Sequence record: OZ335961.1 | Strand: one strand, 5' to 3' | DNA from: a phage | DNA length: 64,000 bases | Shown: in pieces, positions 19,655 to 28,687 of the stretch | Numbering within the stretch: the stretch's first letter is position 1 | Layout: each line of letters opens with the position of its first letter | Made by a program: the position numbers and the translations under genes | The notes under the pieces: generated by a model | Told to the model about the DNA's origin: nothing | The model's input: only the letters and a program-made list of their open reading frames with translations | Databases searched by the model: none

Positions 19655-20401
19655 TTATCCTCGGATAAGTTTAAAAATTGAACAATTTAGCGGGTATCCT
19701 CTTTTCAGTTTAAGTTTATCAATAAAAGACAAGTTTTGATACCGCTCTACACCTTGAATAATTTTATCACACATATCATATTGCATTTCTGCTTCTGACA
19801 ACTTTTTCACAGTTTTCCAATCCGAGCCTTTAAGAAGAACGTTCAATTTAACAACTTCAGCGCCTTCTGCTATACGAGAACCATCAATACGAGCTTTGAG
19901 TGCTATAATCGTTAGCTTAACGTCAGAGGTTTGTTTTGATTTAGAAAGCTGAGAAATGTGTTCAATTCGGTTTTCACGTTTTTTCTGTATAGCTTTAATT
20001 TGATTATAAGTCTTTTTGATTTTAGCCCATTTCTTTTCATCTAAATTTAGTTTATGAACTTTTTTCGCAGATGAACGACCAATTCGCAAAGCAAATAAAT
20101 CACGCTTTTCAATCAACTCTTCTAAAGTATAATCAGAACGAAATGTATTATACTTTTTCTTTACTGCAATAACATTCCCTTTAATGTATCCAACGTTATT
20201 ATCAAAACGTTCTAATGATAATTTCTCTCCTTCAATACGATTATCAAAAGGTTCTCCCGAGTAAGCGCAAACTTTCTGATCTAAAATGTTCTTAATATAA
20301 TTGAAGTCTAAGTTAAAATCTTTAGAACGTCTTTTAGCAGATGCCTGAGTGTGCTCTAGACGACGTGTAATTTTACGAATTTGATTTTTAGACAGTTTCA
20401 T
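19655..20401 (-). CDS. Srd-like protein (248 aa)
   Basis: size and position between dda and modA; sequence not recognised. Confidence 0.45.
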   Translation of the reverse strand: MKLSKNQIRKITRRLEHTQASAKRRSKDFNLDFNYIKNILDQKVCAYSGEPFDNRIEGEKLSLERFDNNVGYIKGNVIAVKKKYNTFRSDYTLEELIEKRDLFALRIGRSSAKKVHKLNLDEKKWAKIKKTYNQIKAIQKKRENRIEHISQLSKSKQTSDVKLTIIALKARIDGSRIAEGAEVVKLNVLLKGSDWKTVKKLSEAEMQYDMCDKIIQGVERYQNLSFIDKLKLKRGYPLNCSIFKLIRG

Positions 20402-20431
20402 ATTTTTCTCACGGACGGGTTAACTACTTAT

Positions 20432-20461
20432 ACTATAACATTTTTACTTCAGCTTGTAAAC
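20432..20461 (-). promoter_or_regulatory. T4-type early promoter
   Basis: TTTACA -17- TATAGT. Confidence 0.6.
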
Positions 20462-20517
20462 AACTTTATGAAAAATGCTTTAAAACTTTCATGGTATAAT
20501 GAATCTAAGTCCTTCCA

Positions 20518-21120
20518 TTATAGATTAAATCCTTCAAAATCAAGAGTATAGATAGTGTATGTTGAATACTTTTTATACTCGTATCTATCCGCAATTCTAA
20601 ATACACTTCCAGCTGGTATCATTACTTCTTGTTCATCTGAAACTAATTCCATATTACGATAGCGATGGCTATCTGGAAACTTAAAACTTGGACTATATTC
20701 TTTACAACGTAAAGCTTTTATAGCATACTCCTGAAAATTAAACACCATAGGAGCTTTGAATTCAAAAATAACTTGTGTGTTGTATTCTAATCCAGAAGCA
20801 AAATGTAGAGCTATATTTTTATCATATGAAGCTGATACTACTTTATCAAATGTAATAATATCAATTCCTTGATTTAACACCTGCTTAGTCTCAACTGGAA
20901 CACCTCTCCAAAGAGGTTTATCGTTTGGAACCAAACGAGATTTGATTATTTCATTTAACCAAGAATGATCGTCTGGCTTATTAGTAATACAATGAATTAA
21001 AAGTTCAATTTCGGATAAATTAAATCCTTCGGAAAGTAATTCTTCACGAATAGAAGCACGCACCGATGCATCCATTGATTTGATTTTAAAATCTTTTAAT
21101 TGCATTGCTGAATATTTCAT
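20518..21120 (-). CDS. modA: ADP-ribosyltransferase ModA
   Basis: 200 aa; R...S...E motifs (LWRGVPV, EQEVMIP). Confidence 0.8.
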   Translation of the reverse strand: MKYSAMQLKDFKIKSMDASVRASIREELLSEGFNLSEIELLIHCITNKPDDHSWLNEIIKSRLVPNDKPLWRGVPVETKQVLNQGIDIITFDKVVSASYDKNIALHFASGLEYNTQVIFEFKAPMVFNFQEYAIKALRCKEYSPSFKFPDSHRYRNMELVSDEQEVMIPAGSVFRIADRYEYKKYSTYTIYTLDFEGFNL

Positions 21121-21740
21121 TCAACTACCTCAATATCATACACTTTAAATGTTCCAAATGAATCGTGTAATTTTTCTTTTGAAATAGAAGTTATTTTATA
21201 CTTTCCAATTGGAATCATCCATTCTTGTTCACGTACAATCATCATTAAGTTATCAGTACGTTCTGAATCTAATCCATCAGTATCTTCATATGTATACTTA
21301 AACTCAGTATTAGGAGAAGAAAGTATAATATCGCTGATATGGTCAGAATAATTAAAAGCTTTATCAGTTTTTAAGCGAAATATTATTTCAGTGGAATATT
21401 CAACATAAGAAAAACCGCATGCTGTGTGCAAACTAGTAGTAAATGAATCTACTCTATTCGTTGAAAACACTTCTCCAACTTGTAAATCTTTAATGAGTTC
21501 TTTTGTCGATTTTGATATACCACGATATAGCTGATAAGGCGATTTAGTTAAATGCTTTTTAACGATTTTATTCAACTGCCGATGAAGGGCTTCATTCTTT
21601 TTGGCTTCCATACATTGCCAAAGAACTGACTGTTCGAAGTCAGTAAATTTTTCACAGACCTTTTTATACATATCATATTGAAAATCGACACTTTCAGCTT
21701 TTATAGATAACTGTTCAACATCTGCGAGATTAATAATCAT
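21117..21740 (-). CDS. modB: ADP-ribosyltransferase ModB
   Basis: 207 aa from ATG after GGAGG; LYRGIS, EQEWMIP. Confidence 0.8.
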   Translation of the reverse strand: MIINLADVEQLSIKAESVDFQYDMYKKVCEKFTDFEQSVLWQCMEAKKNEALHRQLNKIVKKHLTKSPYQLYRGISKSTKELIKDLQVGEVFSTNRVDSFTTSLHTACGFSYVEYSTEIIFRLKTDKAFNYSDHISDIILSSPNTEFKYTYEDTDGLDSERTDNLMMIVREQEWMIPIGKYKITSISKEKLHDSFGTFKVYDIEVVE

Positions 21741-21766
21741 GATAGCCTCCATATACTTCAGAAGCT

Positions 21767-21796
21767 ATCATATCATTGTTAGGAAGGAAAGTAAAC
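21767..21796 (-). promoter_or_regulatory. T4-type early promoter
   Basis: TTTACT -17- TATGAT. Confidence 0.55.
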
Positions 21797-21807
21797 AACT
21801 TTTTGAA

Positions 21808-21990
21808 TTATTTTGCCCAGGGAGCCCAGGGCGGAGGGTCAAGATGGTATGAAGCTAGTTCTTCTAGAAGAGCATCTGGGGCTTCAATTCCATAATTCTG
21901 TAATACTATACGGTACTCTTTCTTATAATCACTAGAATCATTCTGGATATTCGTAGAATGATTATCTTCTAACATCTCAAATAAATCCAT
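21808..21990 (-). CDS. hypothetical protein (60 aa)
   Basis: ORF. Confidence 0.4.
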   Translation of the reverse strand: MDLFEMLEDNHSTNIQNDSSDYKKEYRIVLQNYGIEAPDALLEELASYHLDPPPWAPWAK

Positions 21991-21998
21991 ATTAATTC

Positions 21999-22481
21999 CT
22001 AGCGATAAAAACCAAAATAACGATTAGCTTCAATAATCTTTCTTTCTTCTTCAGACATTCTCCAGCGTAGTCCAACATCAAAATGAGCCCAGACCATCTT
22101 AACAAATGCATTTATATCTTTAATATCTTCAATAATGAATGATTTACTTTTAGAAGGTTGACCTGCTAAATTAAGTGCTAATTTAACTTTATCGTCTTCA
22201 AACAGGTCAAAAAGACCATATTCATGGGCTCTTTTATAGCCTTTAATAGTTAAAGCTTCAGAAGAAGAAAAAGGTGAATCAGTATTCTGCAAAATATCTT
22301 CAGTATGCTTTATAATTAGAATAACATTTTCTGGATATTTTCTTTCTTTTATATCTTTAATTAAAAAATCCGGATTTTCTGCTAAAGGAATAATTAATGA
22401 GCACTTTTTATCAAGTGTATTTACCGATTTACCTTCTTTAGACATAAATTCTATTGAATAATGTTTTGCTACTTCAATCAT
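21999..22481 (-). CDS. hypothetical protein (160 aa)
   Basis: ORF. Confidence 0.55.
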   Translation of the reverse strand: MIEVAKHYSIEFMSKEGKSVNTLDKKCSLIIPLAENPDFLIKDIKERKYPENVILIIKHTEDILQNTDSPFSSSEALTIKGYKRAHEYGLFDLFEDDKVKLALNLAGQPSKSKSFIIEDIKDINAFVKMVWAHFDVGLRWRMSEEERKIIEANRYFGFYR

Positions 22482-22634
22482 GTGATTTCCTCTTGCCTAC
22501 TAATGGGCCGTCAGGAATTTTGTTTTCCTGGATATATTTCTCATTTTCTTCCATCATTTTACTGCCAATTTTAAGAAGCAAATCCAGTGCTTCATTTGCT
22601 TTAGCCTTGGCCTCTTCTAATGTCATATCTCTGT

Positions 22635-22838
22635 TCATGATTTATCCCCATAGATATCTCTCATCAATTTAAGCGCTGAGCGTTCTAATTTCTTTTCTTT
22701 CTCAGCACTAATCATTGATTTCATCCATTCTTCTGATTCGTTCTGCATTTCTTTATTTGCTTGTTCAACCCAACCATCGTCAATGTACATTGAGTTTGGT
22801 CTATTAAACCATTCAAGCATTTTCTTCAGAACTTTCAT
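22635..22838 (-). CDS. hypothetical protein (67 aa)
   Basis: ORF. Confidence 0.45.
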   Translation of the reverse strand: MKVLKKMLEWFNRPNSMYIDDGWVEQANKEMQNESEEWMKSMISAEKEKKLERSALKLMRDIYGDKS

Positions 22839-23310
22839 TTGTTTTACCTAAAACAACAGTAGGAGCATCATCAAATTCATGAATTTTTAGCAAATTTGGA
22901 TGTAAAATATTCCACACAGAAGAAATAAAGTATGATAAAGCATCTTCACTTGCAATTATAAATTTATTTCCTTTATCTATTTTCCAACTATATACTGAAT
23001 CATACGAATAAAAAGATAAAGGTTTATCATTATATTGTTCTGCGCTAACATTAATGTATTCTGATTTAGTAAATGCTTCAATTGCTCTAAACGGAATATT
23101 TGGTACAGTTTCAATAATACCAATCTTTTTAAGTTTTATTTCAGCATCTTCTGGAACTGGCATTGAAACGAAATTTTCTACGAGATACATTGGGTCACAA
23201 TAACCCTTATCAATCATTACTGCTACGGTAATTGGAACGTCTTTAGCAAACGACAAACTATTACTGCTAATATACATTTCAAACAAAATCGCTTCCATAA
23301 TTTTCCTCAA
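22813..23310 (-). CDS. hypothetical protein (165 aa)
   Basis: ORF. Confidence 0.55.
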   Translation of the reverse strand: MRKIMEAILFEMYISSNSLSFAKDVPITVAVMIDKGYCDPMYLVENFVSMPVPEDAEIKLKKIGIIETVPNIPFRAIEAFTKSEYINVSAEQYNDKPLSFYSYDSVYSWKIDKGNKFIIASEDALSYFISSVWNILHPNLLKIHEFDDAPTVVLGKTNESSEENA

Positions 23311-23645
23311 TCACAAGATGTAGATGAACAACTAGAATCACAAGAACTTCCACACGAATCGCCTGCCCATACATGAACAGGAACATTAGTGTCATATGAA
23401 TCAGAATTAGACTGTGTATTCTGCGCATTAGATGATGCAGGTGTTGACCAGCGCCAAGGATTTTTATAATATTCTTGGGCTTCTTCATAAGTCATAGTAA
23501 CTGCTTCTACTGTTCCATCTCCCATATAAACATATTCAACTACAGTTAAAGGAAGGTAGTCATTTGAAATAGGAACTACACCTTCTCCGGGAGTTGTAGA
23601 GAAAAAATCCGTAAAGAAACTTTTAAACCAATTAAAGATAAACAT
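23307..23645 (-). CDS. hypothetical protein (112 aa), Cys-rich C-terminus
   Basis: ORF ending [15 protein letters not shown]. Confidence 0.5.
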   Translation of the reverse strand: MFIFNWFKSFFTDFFSTTPGEGVVPISNDYLPLTVVEYVYMGDGTVEAVTMTYEEAQEYYKNPWRWSTPASSNAQNTQSNSDSYDTNVPVHVWAGDSCGSSCDSSCSSTSCD

Positions 23646-23857
23646 TACAAAAAGCCTCTTTGAAATTCGACTCTTTGAAATCCACCCCAGTCAGTGTATC
23701 GCATTTCAGCATTGAACTCGACTGAACCATCTGTATGCATCATGAATGAATGCGTGACGATATCACAATCCCAGCTTTTCATACCCCATTTATCAGAGAT
23801 AGCTTTATCAAGAACCTTCTGGAGGTCTTCATTTGGTTTAATCCAACGATTTAACAT
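23645..23857 (-). CDS. hypothetical protein (70 aa)
   Basis: ORF. Confidence 0.5.
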   Translation of the reverse strand: MLNRWIKPNEDLQKVLDKAISDKWGMKSWDCDIVTHSFMMHTDGSVEFNAEMRYTDWGGFQRVEFQRGFL

Positions 23858-23883
23858 AGTGCTCTCCTCTATAAGATAATTCT

Positions 23884-23913
23884 ATTATACCATACTCATT
23901 GTGGAAAGTAAAC
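23884..23913 (-). promoter_or_regulatory. T4-type early promoter
   Basis: TTTACT -17- TATAAT. Confidence 0.65.
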
Positions 23914-23923
23914 CGGTAAAATG

Positions 23924-23947
23924 AAAAAAGGACTCCCGAAGGAGTCC
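23924..23947 (-). terminator. intrinsic terminator
   Basis: hairpin ggactcc-cgaa-ggagtcc followed on minus strand by U6. Confidence 0.7.
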
Positions 23948-23953
23948 CTGAAT

Positions 23954-24199
23954 TTATTCACCAGTTACTTTCCACAAATCTTCGTTTGCAGCAATCCACG
24001 CAGCACGTTGATTTTCTTCATATACAGTAGTATATGCTGCTTTTTCTGAAGGGAATATCTGATAATGAGCGCCAGAAATTTTGTGAACGTCAGAATAAAG
24101 AGGGAAAGCTACAGAAATTTCTTTTCCTTCAATTTTCTTATTTCCATCTAATTTCTGCTCAAATGTTTTAATATTAACATAACCGCGAGTACTAGCCAT
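23954..24199 (-). CDS. soc: small outer capsid protein Soc
   Basis: 81 aa MASTRGYVNIKTFEQKLDG... recognised. Confidence 0.88.
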   Translation of the reverse strand: MASTRGYVNIKTFEQKLDGNKKIEGKEISVAFPLYSDVHKISGAHYQIFPSEKAAYTTVYEENQRAAWIAANEDLWKVTGE

Positions 24200-24229
24200 G
24201 TAATTCTCCTTTTATTTAAATTACATGAC

Positions 24230-24237
24230 TATTTATA
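24230..24237 (-). promoter_or_regulatory. T4 late promoter
   Basis: minus strand TATAAATA upstream of soc ATG. Confidence 0.6.
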
Positions 24238-24271
24238 ATAAATTCTCACAGCTTTTAAGCTGTCGTTTATA

Positions 24272-24790
24272 TTAATAGCCTCGGTCTTGACGAGCGAAGT
24301 TTTCGGCATTTTTTAGATAATAAAGTTTAAAGATTTCTTCAGCCGTAAGACCGAGACCTTGGAACATGTTCAGAACAAAATGAAGAATATCAATCATTTC
24401 GAATTTAATTTCCAACTGATCTTGTGGAGATAAGTCAGTAATCAGAGTTTCACGGCGTTCACCATGTTGAGATTTCCACGGCTTCCATACAGCAGATGCA
24501 TCTTTTTCGCCATTGCTCATACCACCAAGAGAAGTCAGAAGTTCGCGGAATTCATCATCAATATAATCTTTTTGATTACGCAGCCAATCAACAACTTCAC
24601 CTGCAGTAGCCAAATCATCAGGATGACGGTTATATTCAGGTTTATCTTTAGCTAAACGAACCTGCAGAGATTTCTGCATATCAAGCATAACTTGCAGCGG
24701 GTCTTTTTCATCACCGAGAATATCCCAGTATTCATTTTGAGCTTTATCAGCGCCTTCAATCAGTTGACTACATTCGTTGAAATGTGGCAT
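24272..24790 (-). CDS. 56: dCTPase/dUTPase (MazG-like)
   Basis: 172 aa; recognised as T4 gp56. Confidence 0.85.
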   Translation of the reverse strand: MPHFNECSQLIEGADKAQNEYWDILGDEKDPLQVMLDMQKSLQVRLAKDKPEYNRHPDDLATAGEVVDWLRNQKDYIDDEFRELLTSLGGMSNGEKDASAVWKPWKSQHGERRETLITDLSPQDQLEIKFEMIDILHFVLNMFQGLGLTAEEIFKLYYLKNAENFARQDRGY

Positions 24791-24791
24791 G

Positions 24792-25442
24792 TTATTTTTC
24801 CTTTCTTATGAAGTTTTCTATCATATGTCTATAGCAGATATTAGGATAACCTGCCTTGACAGCTATTTTATTAAATTTTGTGCGCTTAGGTCTATTATTA
24901 TAAACCCATAATTCATAAAGCGCATCATAACTATTCCATATTTCTCCTCGCCTAGGATTTGGTAAACCATATCGAGGCGAATTTTTACCGCTAAATCTTC
25001 CTTTTCGGGCTTTACTCATATTAGTCTTGGCTTCATCGGATATAATTTTACCTTTATGAGCTAGACGCATTTTGGCTTTAGTTTCTTCTGGAGTCTTTTT
25101 GCCTTTAATCCATGACGGCTTACCATATCTAGGATTATTTTCACCCGAGAAAAGAACAGAGTTTTGGATTTTAAGGGTTTCTATTAATCTACTTGTTAAT
25201 TTAACACCTTTATTATATCGCATTAAATTTACAGCATAATGCAATCCTCTCACATCTGGATATATTTTAGTTAATAATCTATGAGCTATAAAATGCTCAC
25301 GCGCAGTTAACTCAACAAGATTGTTTTTGCCATCTGCTCCTCCCATACATCTAGGAATTATATGATGGCGTTCTTTATATCCGCCAAGATGCCGGCATTT
25401 AGCTTTTGTAATTAAAGCCGAGTAAATTTTTTGGTAATTCAC
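24792..25442 (-). mobile_element. free-standing HNH homing endonuclease gene (216 aa)
   Basis: HNH motif ERHHIIPRCMGG...N...EH..H, two NPRYG repeats and NUMOD3-like KTPEETKAKM. Confidence 0.8.
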
Positions 25443-25512
25443 ATATATCCTTTCAATTCATGGATTAGTAGATTAATTATACAATAAATATATAAAGCAA
25501 TAAGGAGGATAT

Positions 25513-25713
25513 ATGGTACAAAAATTAATGGCACTTGTAGATGCCATAAAAGGTAATAAAAGACGTATAGCTTTTACTATTTCTGCTATGATAGGAATTT
25601 TACTTTGGAATTTTGTTTTATCGCCAGTTGCTATTGCTCATGGTGTTAGTATTCCAGTAATTACTCTCGATACATTCGTAGATTTAGCATTTGCTTTAGT
25701 TGGGTTAATTTAA
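25513..25713 (+). CDS. small membrane protein (66 aa), plus strand
   Basis: AAGGAGG 7 nt before ATG; hydrophobic; no competing minus ORF. Confidence 0.5.
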   Translation: MVQKLMALVDAIKGNKRRIAFTISAMIGILLWNFVLSPVAIAHGVSIPVITLDTFVDLAFALVGLI

Positions 25714-26738
25714 ATCTTAGCATATTTAGATAGCCGCATTTTGGCCATCAACCCTTGGGCAATATTATTTTTCATATATTCCATAATTTGTTCAGGGGTT
25801 GCACCTTCCTTTCTAATCATATCATTAACATCTTTTGATTTCCAGGGAGATTTGTCCCAAAACATAACCCTTTCTCCTGCATCAACCAATTTAGTCATTC
25901 GTTTAATAGTATCAGGGTGACGAGGTTCATTATCTAAAACCCATACACGTCTATCTTTAAATGGAACAATTTCTAGGTCTAATTGACCACCCGTAATAGC
26001 TATACCATTTTCAATAAAAAGTGAATCTATAGGTCCTTCTAGAACATATACATCACCATCTTTGACTCGTTCAACTCCATAGATTTTTGTTGCCTCAGGA
26101 TAAGCTTTGATGGTGATATATTTTTGAGGAGCATCTTTCTTTAATGCACGTCCTTGAAAAGACTCAGCTTTTCCGTTAGCATTATAAATTGGAATAACAA
26201 GACGAGGCTCAGATATTTCCTTTTTATATGTTCCTGGCGCTATACTATTAACTAATTTAGGCCATTCGGTTGTAAACCAAAGATATTTCCATTTATCCTT
26301 TGGAATACAACGAGCTTTTACATATTTTATAATTGGATGGTCTTCCGCCAGTTTATCTAATCTAATGCATGACGGAAGAGATTTAATTATTTTCTTCTCA
26401 GGCTGCTTAGGAAGTTCTTTAGGTTTTTCTACTGGACGACTTTTACCTTTTTCTTTTCTTATTTCAAAGATATACTCACGATATAAATCAGGTTCAAACT
26501 CCTTTAAATATATTCCGATTGGTGCATGATAGTTACAGTTATAACAATGAATATTTCCTTCATTATTATCACCATAATACCATCCACGGGCTTTATTTTG
26601 GTCGGTTTTTGAATCTCCACAAACAGGGCATCTAAACCGTAATTTAAAAGTTGAACTATTATTTACTTGTGCGAATTTAGGTAAATGAGCCAATGCACGG
26701 TATGCAAACTCATTATCAATCCAAGGTATTGATGACAT
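25710..26738 (-). CDS. 61: DNA primase
   Basis: 342 aa; zinc ribbon CPVCGD...CYNC; recognised as T4 gp61. Confidence 0.92.
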   Translation of the reverse strand: MSSIPWIDNEFAYRALAHLPKFAQVNNSSTFKLRFRCPVCGDSKTDQNKARGWYYGDNNEGNIHCYNCNYHAPIGIYLKEFEPDLYREYIFEIRKEKGKSRPVEKPKELPKQPEKKIIKSLPSCIRLDKLAEDHPIIKYVKARCIPKDKWKYLWFTTEWPKLVNSIAPGTYKKEISEPRLVIPIYNANGKAESFQGRALKKDAPQKYITIKAYPEATKIYGVERVKDGDVYVLEGPIDSLFIENGIAITGGQLDLEIVPFKDRRVWVLDNEPRHPDTIKRMTKLVDAGERVMFWDKSPWKSKDVNDMIRKEGATPEQIMEYMKNNIAQGLMAKMRLSKYAKI

Positions 26739-26740
26739 TT

Positions 26741-26905
26741 TTACTCTTCTTTTTCTTTAGATTCCTCTTTTTTCTTTTTAGGAATCTGTTCAGGACCTTT
26801 ATTTACTACAGCGCCTGACGTTGTTCCAGTGGAGATATTTTCAGGATTACCACCTGAGTCTCCAGCTACCATATCTTCTTTAATAAATTCTTTATATGTT
26901 TTCAT
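26741..26905 (-). CDS. small hydrophilic protein (54 aa)
   Basis: hand-read ORF between gp61 and next gene. Confidence 0.35.
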   Translation of the reverse strand: MKTYKEFIKEDMVAGDSGGNPENISTGTTSGAVVNKGPEQIPKKKKEESKEKEE

Positions 26906-26906
26906 A

Positions 26907-27533
26907 TTAACCTCTATTCATAAAAGCATTAAAAATTTGGTCATCAATAGAAACATTTACTTTAGACTGTTTTTCTGATGGTAATTCATATCCACATATT
27001 ACAATTTTGTGATCAATATCAAAATACACAGAAGCAATATGATTAATGATGTTTTCAGTAAAGTCTAAATCAACATCAATATCTTTTTGACCACAGCCCA
27101 AAGGATAAATAATGCGAGTAATTCGATTATCTTTAACAAAGATTCCACCGACATACTCTGTTCTGCGTTTAAAATCTACACGCCGACGAAATGAAAAATA
27201 TTCAGGCTCTTTATGAGCTCTGCTCATAGGACACAACGAGTAACTAGAATAAGAGATGTCAAATCCTACGCCTTCAATATGAGCCAAAGTATCATGATTA
27301 AACCAATTATAATCGTACGCCAAATCCATTAGATTATAATATGTAAAAGGCACTGGATTAACATCATTAGTCACAAGCACGTAATTAGCAATTGCTATAA
27401 TTTCATTGTTTTTAACGAATACAAACCGTGATTGATGGGAATGACCTGGACCCGCGTTTTCACGATTAATGATATAACACTGGGCACCTTTATATTTGTA
27501 TGTATCTTTGCACTTGTGCATTTGATAGAGCAT
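26907..27533 (-). CDS. hypothetical protein (208 aa), 61.1/61.2 position
   Basis: ORF between gp61 and sp. Confidence 0.55.
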   Translation of the reverse strand: MLYQMHKCKDTYKYKGAQCYIINRENAGPGHSHQSRFVFVKNNEIIAIANYVLVTNDVNPVPFTYYNLMDLAYDYNWFNHDTLAHIEGVGFDISYSSYSLCPMSRAHKEPEYFSFRRRVDFKRRTEYVGGIFVKDNRITRIIYPLGCGQKDIDVDLDFTENIINHIASVYFDIDHKIVICGYELPSEKQSKVNVSIDDQIFNAFMNRG

Positions 27534-27826
27534 TATTCACCTACCACTTCAGCGATGATATTTTTATTATTAAAGTTTTTATCACAATACAGAACATAAT
27601 TATACTGCATTACACCACCAGATTTAAGCTGTTTTTGCACTTCAGCTTTCATTTCAGGACGATCACGCTCAACGATATTCATAATATCCGCTTCAATTTG
27701 AATTTCAACTTCAGTCTGATCTGCAGTCATAGACCATTCGCACAAATCTTTGTCATAACCCGCCATAGCAGGCTGAGCAGCGCAAGAAGATAAAGCAAAA
27801 ATTGCAGCAAAGATAAATTTTTTCAT
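27533..27826 (-). CDS. sp: Spackle periplasmic protein
   Basis: 97 aa with signal peptide; recognised. Confidence 0.85.
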   Translation of the reverse strand: MKKFIFAAIFALSSCAAQPAMAGYDKDLCEWSMTADQTEVEIQIEADIMNIVERDRPEMKAEVQKQLKSGGVMQYNYVLYCDKNFNNKNIIAEVVGE

Positions 27827-27854
27827 GATAATCTCCTCAGTAGTTTATGTTTAT

Positions 27855-27884
27855 ATAGTATCTCAATTTCCAACAAAAGTAAAC
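27855..27884 (-). promoter_or_regulatory. T4-type early promoter
   Basis: TTTACT -17- TACTAT. Confidence 0.6.
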
Positions 27885-28138
27885 TATTTTATTTCCTCAA
27901 GTTCGTTAATCAATAAAAGTTCTCTGACGCTAAAAACAAAGAAAAATGTGTTCCCATCAACCAGAGCATGACCGCTAATAGAACACCCTCTGCGGAATTT
28001 AGAAACTTCACAATCTAGAACTGTAAAGGGTTTTAATCCTATGACTTTAGCTATGCGTCTATTCAGTTCACAACCACTTGCGAATTTTTCCAAATCTTCT
28101 TCTGATTTAAACTGATATTCTCTATTAACTAGCATCAT
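27884..28138 (-). CDS. hypothetical protein (84 aa)
   Basis: ORF. Confidence 0.5.
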   Translation of the reverse strand: MMLVNREYQFKSEEDLEKFASGCELNRRIAKVIGLKPFTVLDCEVSKFRRGCSISGHALVDGNTFFFVFSVRELLLINELEEIK

Positions 28139-28169
28139 TTTCTTTTCTCCGCGATTAGCTGATAGAATT

Positions 28170-28199
28170 ACTATAACACAACTCTATCAGCTTGTAAAC
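28170..28199 (-). promoter_or_regulatory. T4-type early promoter
   Basis: TTTACA -17- TATAGT. Confidence 0.6.
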
Positions 28200-28201
28200 T
28201 A

Positions 28202-28486
28202 CTATTTTACTAGCATCAATAACTGTTTCTCTAACTTAATAATTTTACGAAAGTATCTTTTGCATTGACGAATCTGCCGCTTCGTAGGGCGCACAGCAAA
28301 CTTAATAAATTCCACTCGACCAAATGGAGGACTTTCTTCTGCTGGAATATCTAACACCAATTCCCACGTATCTGCAACAAGTGCTTTGAATTGAGTATTT
28401 TTCCTGACATTATACGGAGTAGGTTTAAATAAAACAATATGCATATTACCCTCGGCAATCCACTTCACATACTTTCTTGTCATCAA
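28202..28486 (-). CDS. hypothetical protein (94 aa)
   Basis: ORF. Confidence 0.5.
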   Translation of the reverse strand: MMTRKYVKWIAEGNMHIVLFKPTPYNVRKNTQFKALVADTWELVLDIPAEESPPFGRVEFIKFAVRPTKRQIRQCKRYFRKIIKLEKQLLMLVK

Positions 28487-28628
28487 TGAAAGCTTTAACT
28501 AATGCTTTATTAACTTCAGCATATTGAGTAGTAGCCCATTGAACGTCATCTTTCATCATTGTGATTTCTTTAGTAAACATGCTTTCATTCTTAAACCACC
28601 CCATAAAAACTACCTTTACCAATTCCAT
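28446..28628 (-). CDS. dmd: Dmd antitoxin (discriminator of mRNA degradation)
   Basis: 60 aa MELVKVVFMGWFKNESMF... recognised. Confidence 0.85.
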   Translation of the reverse strand: MELVKVVFMGWFKNESMFTKEITMMKDDVQWATTQYAEVNKALVKAFIDDKKVCEVDCRG

Positions 28629-28657
28629 AACAATCTCCTCATTTAACCAACAAGACT

Positions 28658-28687
28658 ACTATACCATAGTCTTGTCGGCTTGTAAAC
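28658..28687 (-). promoter_or_regulatory. T4-type early promoter with stem-loop
   Basis: TTTACA -17- TATAGT; dyad CAAGACTA/TAGTCTTG encloses -10. Confidence 0.65.
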
